A stretch of 64,000 nt of DNA, taken from NCBI GenBank assembly GCA_965227515.1, contig CBDDFZ010000001.1, forward strand, positions 1,056,001-1,120,000, in the 5' to 3' direction. The notes below the pieces were generated by a model. It was not told the DNA's origin and ran no database searches. It saw only the letters and a list, made by a program, of their open reading frames with translations. Of this stretch, positions 9,184 to 18,108 are shown piece by piece. Position 1 is the stretch's first letter. The number at the start of each line of letters is the position of its first letter. Made by a program: the position numbers and the translations under genes. Origin of the DNA: Alphaproteobacteria bacterium. GTDB taxonomy: Bacteria > Pseudomonadota > Alphaproteobacteria > CALKHQ01.

Positions 9184-10227
9184 TCAGTCCCGCGTGCGCG
9201 CCGCGTTGGCGAGGTCGAAGCCCCAGCGGCCCTCTTGCCCCACCGCCAGCCCGGCGGTGGCGGAGGCGGGCAGCTCGGCGGTCAGCGTGGTCTCGCCGGC
9301 GCGCAGATGGAACTGGGTGCGCGAGCCCAGCATGTAATCGCTGTCGATCCGCGCGGTGAACGCGACGTCGGCCGCGCCGCCCTCGCCCAACGGCCGCAGG
9401 TGCTCGGGCCGCACCACCAGATAGGCGGCGTCCGAGCCGGCATCGGCGGGCAGGGCCGCGCCGAGCTCCGGCAGGCCGCCATCGGCGATCCGGAAGATGT
9501 TCACCTCGCCCATGAACTCGGCGACGAAGCGGGATGTCGGCTGGCTGTAGATTTCTTGCGGCGCACCGATCTGCACGATCCGGCCGTCGCGCATGATCGC
9601 GATCCGGTCCGACATCACCATCGCCTCTTCCAGGCTGTGGGTGATGTAGATGAAGGTCTTGCCGGTGCGCCGGTGCAGGTCCTTCATCTCGACTTCCAGG
9701 ATCTTGCGCAGCCGGTAGTCGATGGCCGACAGCGGCTCGTCGAAGAACAGGATCTCGGGGTCGGAGGCAAGCGCGCGGGCCAGCGCCACGCGCTGCCGCT
9801 CGCCGCCCGAGCACTGGGTCACCGCGCGGCCGTAGTAGCTATCCGGCAGGCGGACCAGGGCCATCAGCTCCAGCGCACGGGCCCGCCTGGTCGGCTTGTC
9901 CACCCGCTTCATCTTCAGCGAGAACTCGATGTTCTCGCCCACCGAGCGGTGGTTGAACAGCGCCAGCGACTGGAAGACCATGCAGGTCGGCCGCTTGTTG
10001 GCCGGCATGGTGGTGATGTCGGCACCGCGCAGCCGCACGGCGCCGCTGTCCACGGTCTCCAGCCCGGCCAGCACGCGGATCAGCGTCGACTTGCCGCTGC
10101 CGGACGGCCCGACGACCGTGAAGAACTCGCCCTCCGCGATCGCCAGCGACACGTCGTCGACCGCATGGATATCACCGAAGGTGCGGTTCAGGCGGTCCAG
10201 CGCCAGGAATGGGGTCGCGTCAGTCAT
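9184..10227 (-). CDS. PotA-like ABC ATP-binding protein
   Basis: GPSGSGKS, SGGERQRVALARAL, FFDEPLSA, C-terminal TOBE domain. Confidence 0.95.
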   Translation of the reverse strand: MTDATPFLALDRLNRTFGDIHAVDDVSLAIAEGEFFTVVGPSGSGKSTLIRVLAGLETVDSGAVRLRGADITTMPANKRPTCMVFQSLALFNHRSVGENIEFSLKMKRVDKPTRRARALELMALVRLPDSYYGRAVTQCSGGERQRVALARALASDPEILFFDEPLSAIDYRLRKILEVEMKDLHRRTGKTFIYITHSLEEAMVMSDRIAIMRDGRIVQIGAPQEIYSQPTSRFVAEFMGEVNIFRIADGGLPELGAALPADAGSDAAYLVVRPEHLRPLGEGGAADVAFTARIDSDYMLGSRTQFHLRAGETTLTAELPASATAGLAVGQEGRWGFDLANAARTRD

Positions 10228-10314
10228 TGCGCGCAACGACGCAACGCCCTCACCCGGAACCCGGATGAGGGCGCAGCATTGTCAGACTTGCTGCCGAAAT
10301 GAACGGTCGACAGG

Positions 10315-11517
10315 TCAACCCCGCTCGCGCACGGCGGCGGCGTAGATGTCGTACAGCCGGTCGTAGTCGGGCACGATGTCGAACTCGGTCGCGTTGGCGA
10401 TGCGCTCGTCGAACTCGTCCCACTGCAGCGCGTCGAGCTGCTCGGTGGTGAACTTGGAGATCACCTCCTCCTGCGCCATCTGGCTGACCGGCTGCAGATT
10501 GCCGTTGCCGTTGGCCACGATGTAGGCGGCGTCCGGCGTGGTGATCCACTCCAGGAAGTCGATCGCCGCGTCCAGCGGCTCGGGGTTGGCGACCGCCGAG
10601 TTGAGCTCGATCCAGTTGATGCCGCCCTTGCCGTCGGCCGGGCCGCTGTTCGGGGTGATCGCGTAGAGGTTGGTCGCACCCTCCAGCCGGGCCGACGTCA
10701 CCGAATAGGTGCCGCCGGTGACGTAGGCGTCGATCTCGCCGTTCAGCATCGCCAGGTTGAGCTGCACGAAGTCGGTGGTGATCAGCTTGGCGTTGTCGAT
10801 CCACATCTTCGCCGTCGCCTCGAACTTGGCGATCTCGTCCTCGGTCTTCTCGCGGAACGGATGCACGCCAGCACCCATGCAGATGTCCATCACGTTCCAG
10901 TCCTCGTAGGCCAGGATGCCGTAGCGGTCGGCGAAGTCCGGATTGTTGAACAGGTCCCAGCCCTCGTCCTTGGCGGTCGCCGGCGAGATGACGTCGGTAT
11001 TGACCACGAAGTCGAAGGTCTCGAAGCGTTGCACCACGCCCAGCAGGTGCGCGTTGTCCTCGCTCATCGACCAGTAGTAGGGCGGCGCGAACTTCTCGAA
11101 CATCTGCTCGTAGAGCGGAAAGAACCGGTCCTGCGGCAGCTCGCGGATCAGGCCCTCCGGCCACAGCTGCTTGCGTGCCCAGGGGTTGTTGATGTTGATG
11201 AAGTCCCACACCGTGGTCTCGCCAGCGCGCAGCCGGTTGACCGAGGTCGGGTCGGAGATATGGATCTCGTAGCGGATGTCGCCGCCGGTCTCTTCGCGCC
11301 ACATATCGAGCAGGCGCGGGTCGGCGTACGCGTCCCAGGTCAGCAGCGACAGCGGGCGGTCCTGCGCCATCGCGCTGCGGCCGCCGAGTGCCGCGGCGCC
11401 GGCCGCCGCACCCATGCCGGCCAGCACCTGCCGGCGGGTCGCCTGCATCGACCGCAGGCCCATGTCGCGGACCGGGTTGCGGGCGGCGAGCGCCCCAAGC
11501 TTGCGTTCAAAATCCAT
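10315..11517 (-). CDS. PotD/PotF-like substrate-binding protein, Tat-exported
   Basis: TRRQVLAG twin-arginine signal; LLTWDAYAD; KGGINWIE. Confidence 0.9.
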   Translation of the reverse strand: MDFERKLGALAARNPVRDMGLRSMQATRRQVLAGMGAAAGAAALGGRSAMAQDRPLSLLTWDAYADPRLLDMWREETGGDIRYEIHISDPTSVNRLRAGETTVWDFININNPWARKQLWPEGLIRELPQDRFFPLYEQMFEKFAPPYYWSMSEDNAHLLGVVQRFETFDFVVNTDVISPATAKDEGWDLFNNPDFADRYGILAYEDWNVMDICMGAGVHPFREKTEDEIAKFEATAKMWIDNAKLITTDFVQLNLAMLNGEIDAYVTGGTYSVTSARLEGATNLYAITPNSGPADGKGGINWIELNSAVANPEPLDAAIDFLEWITTPDAAYIVANGNGNLQPVSQMAQEEVISKFTTEQLDALQWDEFDERIANATEFDIVPDYDRLYDIYAAAVRERG

Positions 11518-11549
11518 GACATCCCCCTGCTGGCTGTAGGTCGGAATAG

Positions 11550-11573
11550 GTGTTCGCACATATGTGCGAACAC
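11550..11573. promoter_or_regulatory. perfect 24-bp palindromic operator candidate
   Basis: GTGTTCGCACATATGTGCGAACAC, about 30 bp upstream of the binding-protein start. Confidence 0.65.
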
Positions 11574-11687
11574 GTGCACGCGCCGCATTATCGCGTCGCG
11601 GTTGGCGGTTTGTCTACCGTCGTGGGTGCACTGCAACATGGGGCCGGCGCCACGGCACCGCCCCATGCCGGCAAATCGGAACGCGGC

Positions 11688-12554
11688 CTACACCGTGCGC
11701 CGGGCCGCGTCCCACTCCGATTCCATGAAGGTCTTGGCGCGCGCGGCGAGGTCGCGGCTGTCGCTCCACAGGTTCCGCCAGACCGCCAGCGCGGTCGACA
11801 ATTGCGGGTCGACCACGGCCGACGAGAAGGATTCGAAAACGATCGCGCCGTCATAGGCGATCTCGTGCAGGGCGCGGAACACGGCGGTGAAGTCGATGGT
11901 GCCGGTGCCCAGATATCCGCGATGGCTCTCACCGATGTGCACGTAGCCCAGGTGCGGGGCGCAGTCGCGCAACGCCTTGCCCAGCACGCCGTCCTCGATG
12001 TTCATGTGATAGGTGTCGGCGTGGACCACGATGTTGTCGGCGCCGATTTCGTCGATAAAGGCGGAGGCCTGCGCCAGCGTGTTCAGCAGGTTGGTCTCGT
12101 AGCGGTTCACCGCTTCCAGCCCCAGCGTGATGCCCGATGCCTTGGCGTTCTCGGCCAGCCGGGCGAGCACGGCGGCGCAGTTGGCGCGGCCCTGGGCGCT
12201 CGGCGGGTGGCCGTACTTGCCCAGCGCCGAATAGATCACGCCGCCCATGTATTTCGACCCGATGTCGCGGGTGACCGCCAGCGCGTCGTTCAGTAGCGCC
12301 TCGCCCCGCGCGACCGCATCCGGGTTCTCGCTGGAGATGTCGCTGTCGAAGGCGAGGCCCAGCGAGCAGGTCGCGGTGATGCCATGGCTCTCGAGCTGGC
12401 GCTGGGTGCGCGCGGCATCCACCTTGGCCGGGTCGAGCAGCGGGATCTCGATCAGGTCGTAGCCGAGTTCCGCGGTGCCGGCGATCGCGCGTTCGCTTTC
12501 GTCGGCCGACCAGCCGCCGACCCAGACCAATGCATGCACACCGAATATGCTCAC
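11688..12554 (-). CDS. ketose 3-epimerase (D-tagatose/D-psicose/L-ribulose 3-epimerase family)
   Basis: GVHALVW, LEAVNRYE, DTYHMNIE, HIGESHRG, FESF metal/catalytic motifs; GTG start with GGGAGG RBS. Confidence 0.88.
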   Translation of the reverse strand: MSIFGVHALVWVGGWSADESERAIAGTAELGYDLIEIPLLDPAKVDAARTQRQLESHGITATCSLGLAFDSDISSENPDAVARGEALLNDALAVTRDIGSKYMGGVIYSALGKYGHPPSAQGRANCAAVLARLAENAKASGITLGLEAVNRYETNLLNTLAQASAFIDEIGADNIVVHADTYHMNIEDGVLGKALRDCAPHLGYVHIGESHRGYLGTGTIDFTAVFRALHEIAYDGAIVFESFSSAVVDPQLSTALAVWRNLWSDSRDLAARAKTFMESEWDAARRTV

Positions 12555-12687
12555 CGTGTTCCTCCCATTTCGCGATAGTTGGTTGTCGCCGCAATCATGC
12601 ATATTGCGACGACGGGGCCGCACGGAAAATCTGCGGCGGCCACTCGATTTCGAACAGATACCAACGACAACGACGGGGGGCGGATTG

Positions 12688-13476
12688 ATGGATCAAGACC
12701 GGGCGCGCAGGGCCAGCGACACGATCTGGCGGCACTGGCAGGACGGCACGGTGATGGACGCACTGGATACGGACCTGGCGCCGGCGTCCCGCGCGGACGG
12801 TTACGCGATCCAGGCCGGGCTGGAGGCGTTCTCCAAGCAGCCGCGGGCCGGCTGGAAGATCGCGGCCACCAGCGAGGCCGGCCAGAAGCACATCAATGTC
12901 GACGGGCCGCTGGCCGGGCGGCTGCTGACCGAGCGGCTGGCCGACGACGGCGCCGAGTTCTCCATCGAGGGCAATCGCATGCGGGTCTGCGAGCCGGAGT
13001 TCGGGTTCCGCTTCGCGCGCGACATCGCGCCCCGCGAGACGCCTTATACGGTCGATGAGGTGATGGCGGCGACCGGGGACCTGCATCCGACGTTCGAGCT
13101 GCCAGATTCCCGCTACACCGATTTCACCGTGGTGGGGGCCGCGGCCTTGATCGCCGACGACGCCTGCGCGCGCGACCTGATGGTGGGGCCTGCGGCCAGC
13201 GCCGACTGGCGCAGCATGGACCTCGCCCGGCACAAGGTCTCGGCCTCGGTGGAGGGGCGGATCGACCGCGAGGGCACCGGTGCCACCGTGCTCGGCGATC
13301 CAAGGGTCGCGCTCACCTGGCTGGTCAACGAGGTCGGCTCCCTCGGCATCACGATCCGCGCCGGCGAGCTGGTCACCACCGGCACCTGCATGATCCCACT
13401 GGCGCTCGAACCCGGCGACCGGGTGACCGCGGACTACGGCGCGCTTGGCCAGCTCAGTATGACGGTCTCGAGCTAG
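12688..13476 (+). CDS. 2-keto-4-pentenoate hydratase / FAH family
   Basis: GWKIAATS, EPEFGF, ELPDSR, IADDA, VLGDP...LTWL, VTTGT. Confidence 0.9.
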   Translation: MDQDRARRASDTIWRHWQDGTVMDALDTDLAPASRADGYAIQAGLEAFSKQPRAGWKIAATSEAGQKHINVDGPLAGRLLTERLADDGAEFSIEGNRMRVCEPEFGFRFARDIAPRETPYTVDEVMAATGDLHPTFELPDSRYTDFTVVGAAALIADDACARDLMVGPAASADWRSMDLARHKVSASVEGRIDREGTGATVLGDPRVALTWLVNEVGSLGITIRAGELVTTGTCMIPLALEPGDRVTADYGALGQLSMTVSS

Positions 13477-14845
13477 CGCGGGACGGGGTCCGAGCTGCGA
13501 ACTCGATCACGACCCTCAGCCCCGGGCCGTTGTCTTCGAGCGCCAGCCGGCCCTCGTGCAAGTCGACAATGGCCGCCACCAGGCTGAGGCCGAGCCCGCT
13601 CCCCGGCGTCGTGCGGCTGCGCTCCAGCCGGTAGAGGCGGCGCAGCACGTTCTCGCGCTCGCCTTCGGGAATGCCCGGCCCGCTGTCCGCGACGACGAGC
13701 CGAACCGTGCCGCTGCCGGCACTGACGCCGACCTCGATGTCCCCGCCCGCTGGTGCGTGGCGCAGCGCATTCTCGATCAGGTTGGCGAACACCTGCCCCA
13801 GCAGCGCCTTGTCGCCCGCGACGGCCGTCGATGCATCGGCAACGTTGCACGAGAGACGGTGGCCGCTGTCTTCGGCGGCGGGTTCGTAGACCTCGCAGAA
13901 CGTCCGTGCCAGGCCGCCCAGGTCGACGTCGGCGAAGCGGTTTCGCGCCGACCCGCCCTCGATCTGCGCAATCTGCAGCAGCGCCTGGAATGTCTGCACG
14001 ATGCCCCGGGTCTCGGCGACGGCCTGATCCGCCAGTTCTCGGGAGGGGTCCGACAACTCCGGCCGCGCGCTCAGCTTGTCGAGCAAGACCGTGACCCGCT
14101 GGATCGGCGTCTTGAGGTCATGGGCGATGTCGGTGGAGACTTGCCGCAAGGACGCGATCTGCCGTTCCTGGGCGTCGGCCATGCGGTTGATGCGGCCGCC
14201 GATCCGGCCCAGGTCGTCAGTGTGGCCTGACGGGGCGTCTACCCGTGCCGCGAAGTCGCCGCTGGTCAGGCGGTCCAGGGTGGCCTCGATACCGGCCAGG
14301 CGTCTGGCCGACCTTCGCGCCAGCAGAACGCCGCCGCCGATGACGAGCACGGCCGTCGGCACCAGGCTGAATAGGAAGACGGACAGGAACGCCTCGCCCA
14401 GGTCGTCCAGCAGTTCGGCACTGACCGCAACGGTCAGCACGCCGCCATGGACGGTCTCGGTCAGCGCCAGATAGTCGCCGTCGATGCCGGCGCGGCCCTC
14501 GTCGTCATCGTCGAAAGCGATGGCGCGATAACCCTCCTCGCCCACGGGGAGTGCAGCGGTGCCGACCTGTTCGCCGTCGGGCGTCAGATAGCTCAGCAGC
14601 CGATAGTCCGGCGAGGTGCCCCGCGACTGTGACTGCACCAGATCGGCAATGGCGCCTGCGTCGGGCAGTGCCCTGAAGCCCGCCATCTCGTGGTCCAGGG
14701 TGGTCCGCAGCGTCTCCTGGGCGTTGTCGCGGACGATGGCGAACGTCGCCGCCAGGCTGACCAGGCTGACCGCCGCGAACAGGGCCGCGATGGCGACCGA
14801 GAGCCGGAGCGGCGTCGATTTCCAGACTTGGGCGCTGCCGAACAC
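13454..14845 (-). CDS. HAMP sensor histidine kinase
   Basis: IAHDLKTP, NLIENALRH, DSGPGI, GSGLGL; two transmembrane segments. Confidence 0.95.
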   Translation of the reverse strand: MFGSAQVWKSTPLRLSVAIAALFAAVSLVSLAATFAIVRDNAQETLRTTLDHEMAGFRALPDAGAIADLVQSQSRGTSPDYRLLSYLTPDGEQVGTAALPVGEEGYRAIAFDDDDEGRAGIDGDYLALTETVHGGVLTVAVSAELLDDLGEAFLSVFLFSLVPTAVLVIGGGVLLARRSARRLAGIEATLDRLTSGDFAARVDAPSGHTDDLGRIGGRINRMADAQERQIASLRQVSTDIAHDLKTPIQRVTVLLDKLSARPELSDPSRELADQAVAETRGIVQTFQALLQIAQIEGGSARNRFADVDLGGLARTFCEVYEPAAEDSGHRLSCNVADASTAVAGDKALLGQVFANLIENALRHAPAGGDIEVGVSAGSGTVRLVVADSGPGIPEGERENVLRRLYRLERSRTTPGSGLGLSLVAAIVDLHEGRLALEDNGPGLRVVIEFAARTPSRASSRPSY

Positions 14846-14849
14846 GGCA

Positions 14850-15521
14850 TCACTCCTCGATGCGATAGCCGGAGCCGCGCACGGTCTTGATCAGCTCGGT
14901 CTCGAACGGCTTGTCGACCTTCGCCCGCAGGCGGCTGATTTGCGTCTCGACCACGTTGGTGTGGGTGTCGAAGCTGATGTCCCAGATGGCTTCCAGCAGC
15001 ATGGTCCGGGTTTGCACCCTGCCCTTGCGGCGCAGCAGGTGCTCCAGCATCGCGAACTCGCGCGGCAACAGGTCGATCGCCTGGCCGGCGCGGGTCACCT
15101 GTCGCCGGACCAGGTCCATCTCCAGGTCGCCGGCACGCAGCACGGTTTCCTGCTGGGTCGTGCGCGGCCGGCGGGCCAGTGCCGCGACCCGCGCCGAAAG
15201 CTCGCCGAACGCGAACGGCTTGACCAGATAGTCGTCGCCGCCGGCGTTCAGCCCCTCGATGCGGTCATCGACGCCGCCGAGCGAGGTCAGGAACAGGGCG
15301 GGGGTCTCGTTGCCCGCGCCGCGCAGGGTCTTGACCAGCGACATGCCGTCCAGGCCGGGCAGCATCCGGTCGACGATCAGCAGGTCGTAGTCCGACACGC
15401 TGGCCTTAACCAGCCCGTCGCGGCCGTCCTCGATCAGGTCGACAATGTGCCCTTCCTCGCGCAGCCCGTCTGCGATGTAGGCGCCGGTGGTCTTGTCGTC
15501 CTCGATGACGAGTATCTTCAT
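14850..15521 (-). CDS. OmpR family response regulator
   Basis: MKILVIEDD...DRMLPGLDG...DDYLVKPF...IKTVRGSGY. Confidence 0.95.
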   Translation of the reverse strand: MKILVIEDDKTTGAYIADGLREEGHIVDLIEDGRDGLVKASVSDYDLLIVDRMLPGLDGMSLVKTLRGAGNETPALFLTSLGGVDDRIEGLNAGGDDYLVKPFAFGELSARVAALARRPRTTQQETVLRAGDLEMDLVRRQVTRAGQAIDLLPREFAMLEHLLRRKGRVQTRTMLLEAIWDISFDTHTNVVETQISRLRAKVDKPFETELIKTVRGSGYRIEE

Positions 15522-15594
15522 GTCCGCCTGCCGTCGTGGTGGCCCCAACGAAGGGGCCACCGGTTTCCTGCCACGGTTTTCAAGACATTACGAC

Positions 15595-15990
15595 CTAGTC
15601 GTCGTCCTCCTCGTCGTCATCATCCTCGTCCTCATCTTCCTCGTCGTCTTCGTCCTCCTCATCTTCGTCATCGTCTTCGTCGACCTCGGCCACCATCGTG
15701 CCATCGGCCAGCGTGTAGAGCATGTCCTGCTCCGAGCCGTCGGCCATCATGATCTCGAATTCGACGACGCCGTCGCCCGGGGTATCATCGCTGTATTCCG
15801 CGCCAGTGACCGTGCCGCCGGTCTGTGCCTCGACATCCGCGACGACCTCGGCCACGGCGGGATTGTCGGCCAGGAACGCCTGCAGCGCCTCCGGCGTGTC
15901 ATTGCCTGACGCAAAGGCGAGCGAGCCGGTGAAGGCCGACACGCCGACGAGGGCGGAGGTGGCGGCGAGAATGATCTTGTTGCGGGTCAT
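15595..15990 (-). CDS. exported PepSY-domain protein with poly-acidic tail
   Basis: Signal peptide, VEAQTGGTVTGAEY...VEFEIMMADG, ending in an uninterrupted D/E run. Confidence 0.75.
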   Translation of the reverse strand: MTRNKIILAATSALVGVSAFTGSLAFASGNDTPEALQAFLADNPAVAEVVADVEAQTGGTVTGAEYSDDTPGDGVVEFEIMMADGSEQDMLYTLADGTMVAEVDEDDDEDEEDEDDEEDEDEDDDDEEDDD

Positions 15991-16171
15991 GATGTTCTCC
16001 TTGGGTCGTATTCGGCGGGGCCATCCCGTCCGATGAGTTCGATCTAAGGAGCGGCGTTCACGTGGCCCTGACGGCCCGATTACATCTGTGTAAAGTCGAC
16101 AACGCGCGCATAACAACGGGCCGCCGGCTCGGGTCAGGCGCGCCGGGAAGATGCGGACAGACTTTCGGCCG

Positions 16172-16190
16172 TGGCTGGCCTTCCTGGATA
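16172..16190 (+). other. left att junction (core TGGCTGG plus attP arm CTGGATA)
   Basis: TGGCTGGCCTTCCTGGATACAGTTCGAACC resembles the tRNA-side TGGCTGGGGGACCTGGATTCGAACC; CTGGATA is the inverted partner of TATCCAG at 38739-38745. Confidence 0.82.
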
Positions 16191-16270
16191 CAGTTCGAAC
16201 CGAGCGTTACCAGGAAATTGTGGGTCTGGGGTCGGGGATTCTGGTCCTAGAGCTAAAGGCGACGGCGTGA
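16172..16270 (+). other. detached 3' segment of the recombinase gene (in frame only after excision)
   Basis: Reads WLAFLDTVRTERYQEIVGLGSGILVLELKATA* from the same TGG CTG codons as the integrated recombinase end. Confidence 0.75.
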
Positions 16271-16489
16271 GCCGGCCGGTAGAGGCCGGGCATTCTACGC
16301 CGTTGGCCCAGTCTGGCGGGCAGAACCCGGCACATGATTGGCTGAGCGTAGTCCAATACCTCGCTGAGACCGATATCAACGGTGAAACCCCAAAGGACGG
16401 CCGGCATCGATGTTGCCGCTGACGTGTCCGATCTCACTACGGGAACCTGCAGGGTGAGGGGAGCACCTGCGGCCAGTTGATCGGCGCTA

Positions 16490-16905
16490 TCAAGGCGAAT
16501 TGCCCAGTTCGCACCCCGAGGTGCCTCGATGTCGTTGGATACGGCCAGTTGAACTCGTGAAAGTCACGGGTCGCTCGATATCTGTGGAGCCGACGTCGCC
16601 AAGCGGGCGCTCGCGCTCGATGGGTACGAGGGGAGCAGACACAGCGTTAAATTCGCCCCTGTCGAGGGCGGTCTTCTGCAACGCGGGATTCGGCAGCGCC
16701 GCTTCGACCGCGGTGCTTGAGGCGTTCCACAGCTCCTGCGCCGCTCTCGTGATGGGCTCGATGTCGTTCGAGCCGTCATTCTGAACAGCGGCCGTGAACC
16801 GCGTAATGGCCTTCTTCAGTGCCGTCAGGGTGCTCGCGCTGTCATCGAGGCTCGGCTTCGCAAGATGGGTGTGCACCTTGATCGCGAGTTTCTCCAGCGC
16901 GGATG
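16490..16905 (-). pseudogene. probable gene remnant near the element's left end
   Basis: Helical-looking open stretch ALEKLAIKVHTHLAKPSLDD...ITRAAQELWNAS... without a good start; no recognised family. Confidence 0.3.
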
Positions 16906-17048
16906 CGCCGCTGCGACCCGCCGGCCGACCCGATGGGCACGATCCGGGAATCGCCGGAAACGGTATCGCTCATGGGACGCCATGCTAAAGCTCGCCGACC
17001 ACGGCGTCGATGGTCAGGCATTCGCCCGGCGCACCGGCATCGACGTCA

Positions 17049-18074
17049 TCACCGTAGGGTAAAGACGGCCTTCTCGGTCTCGCGGTTGTCGAATTTCCGG
17101 AACGCCTCTTCCGCCTCGTCGAGATCGAACAGGTGCGTGGCGAGTTTCGACAGGTCGATGTCGTTCTCCTGCACGGTGCGGACGATGTCGTCGTACTCGG
17201 GCAGGCTGAAGTACCACGACCCGAACACGGTGAGCTGTTTGCGCAGGAGCTGTTCGCTGGTCCGGATCGTGGTTTCGGCCGCCTCGCCGACGAACGCCAC
17301 CTTGCCATAGGGCATGGTCGCATCGAGCGCCATGTTCTGCGCAGCACCATTGCCGGAACAGTCGATGGCGCCGGCAAGCCCCGCCCCACCGGTCAGGTCC
17401 GCCAGTTCCTCCAGCACGGTCGGCGCGGTCGGGTCCACGGTGTGGTCGGCGCCGAGGCCGGCGGCAAACGTACGGCGGTCGGCAATCGGATCGAGCGCGA
17501 TCACGCGCGCCCCCAGCGCCTTGGCCGCGAGCACGCCGGCCGACCCCATCGGCCCCAGGCCCCAGATGCCGATCGTGCCGGCGCCCGATGCGCCCAGCTT
17601 TCGGCAGGCGCTGAACAGGGTGCCGAAGGCATCGGTGGATATGGCGGCGGACACATACGACATCGTGTCCGGCACCCTCAGGCAGTTGCGCTCCGGCACC
17701 ACCAGGTACTCGGCATTGCCGCCGTCGGCGGTGAAGCCCAGGCACTTCCAATGGCCGCACAGGTGCATGTTGCCGGCACGGCACCATGTGCAGGCCCCGC
17801 AGCCGAGCGCGAGGTAGACCGCCACCCTGTCGCCCGCCTTGAAGCGGCTCACACCCTTGCCGACCGCCTCGACGATGCCGGCCGGTTCGTGACCGGTGAC
17901 GCACTTGCCGGCTGCCTCGCCACCCACCACGGCATTGCCGTAGTAGAGGCTGAGATCGCTGCGGCAGATGCACGAGGCCTTCACCGCGATCAGCACGTCG
18001 TTCACGCCGGGCGACGGGTCCGGCACCGAACGTACCTCGACGCGGCGGTCACCCGGCAGAAACACGGCTTTCAT
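17049..18074 (-). CDS. zinc-dependent (MDR) sugar/polyol dehydrogenase
   Basis: CICRSD, GHEPAG, CGACTWCRAGNMHLC, GLGPMG. Confidence 0.93.
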   Translation of the reverse strand: MKAVFLPGDRRVEVRSVPDPSPGVNDVLIAVKASCICRSDLSLYYGNAVVGGEAAGKCVTGHEPAGIVEAVGKGVSRFKAGDRVAVYLALGCGACTWCRAGNMHLCGHWKCLGFTADGGNAEYLVVPERNCLRVPDTMSYVSAAISTDAFGTLFSACRKLGASGAGTIGIWGLGPMGSAGVLAAKALGARVIALDPIADRRTFAAGLGADHTVDPTAPTVLEELADLTGGAGLAGAIDCSGNGAAQNMALDATMPYGKVAFVGEAAETTIRTSEQLLRKQLTVFGSWYFSLPEYDDIVRTVQENDIDLSKLATHLFDLDEAEEAFRKFDNRETEKAVFTLR

Positions 18075-18108
18075 GGCTTCCCTCCCCAGTCCGCCTTTTT
18101 GCGGCGTG

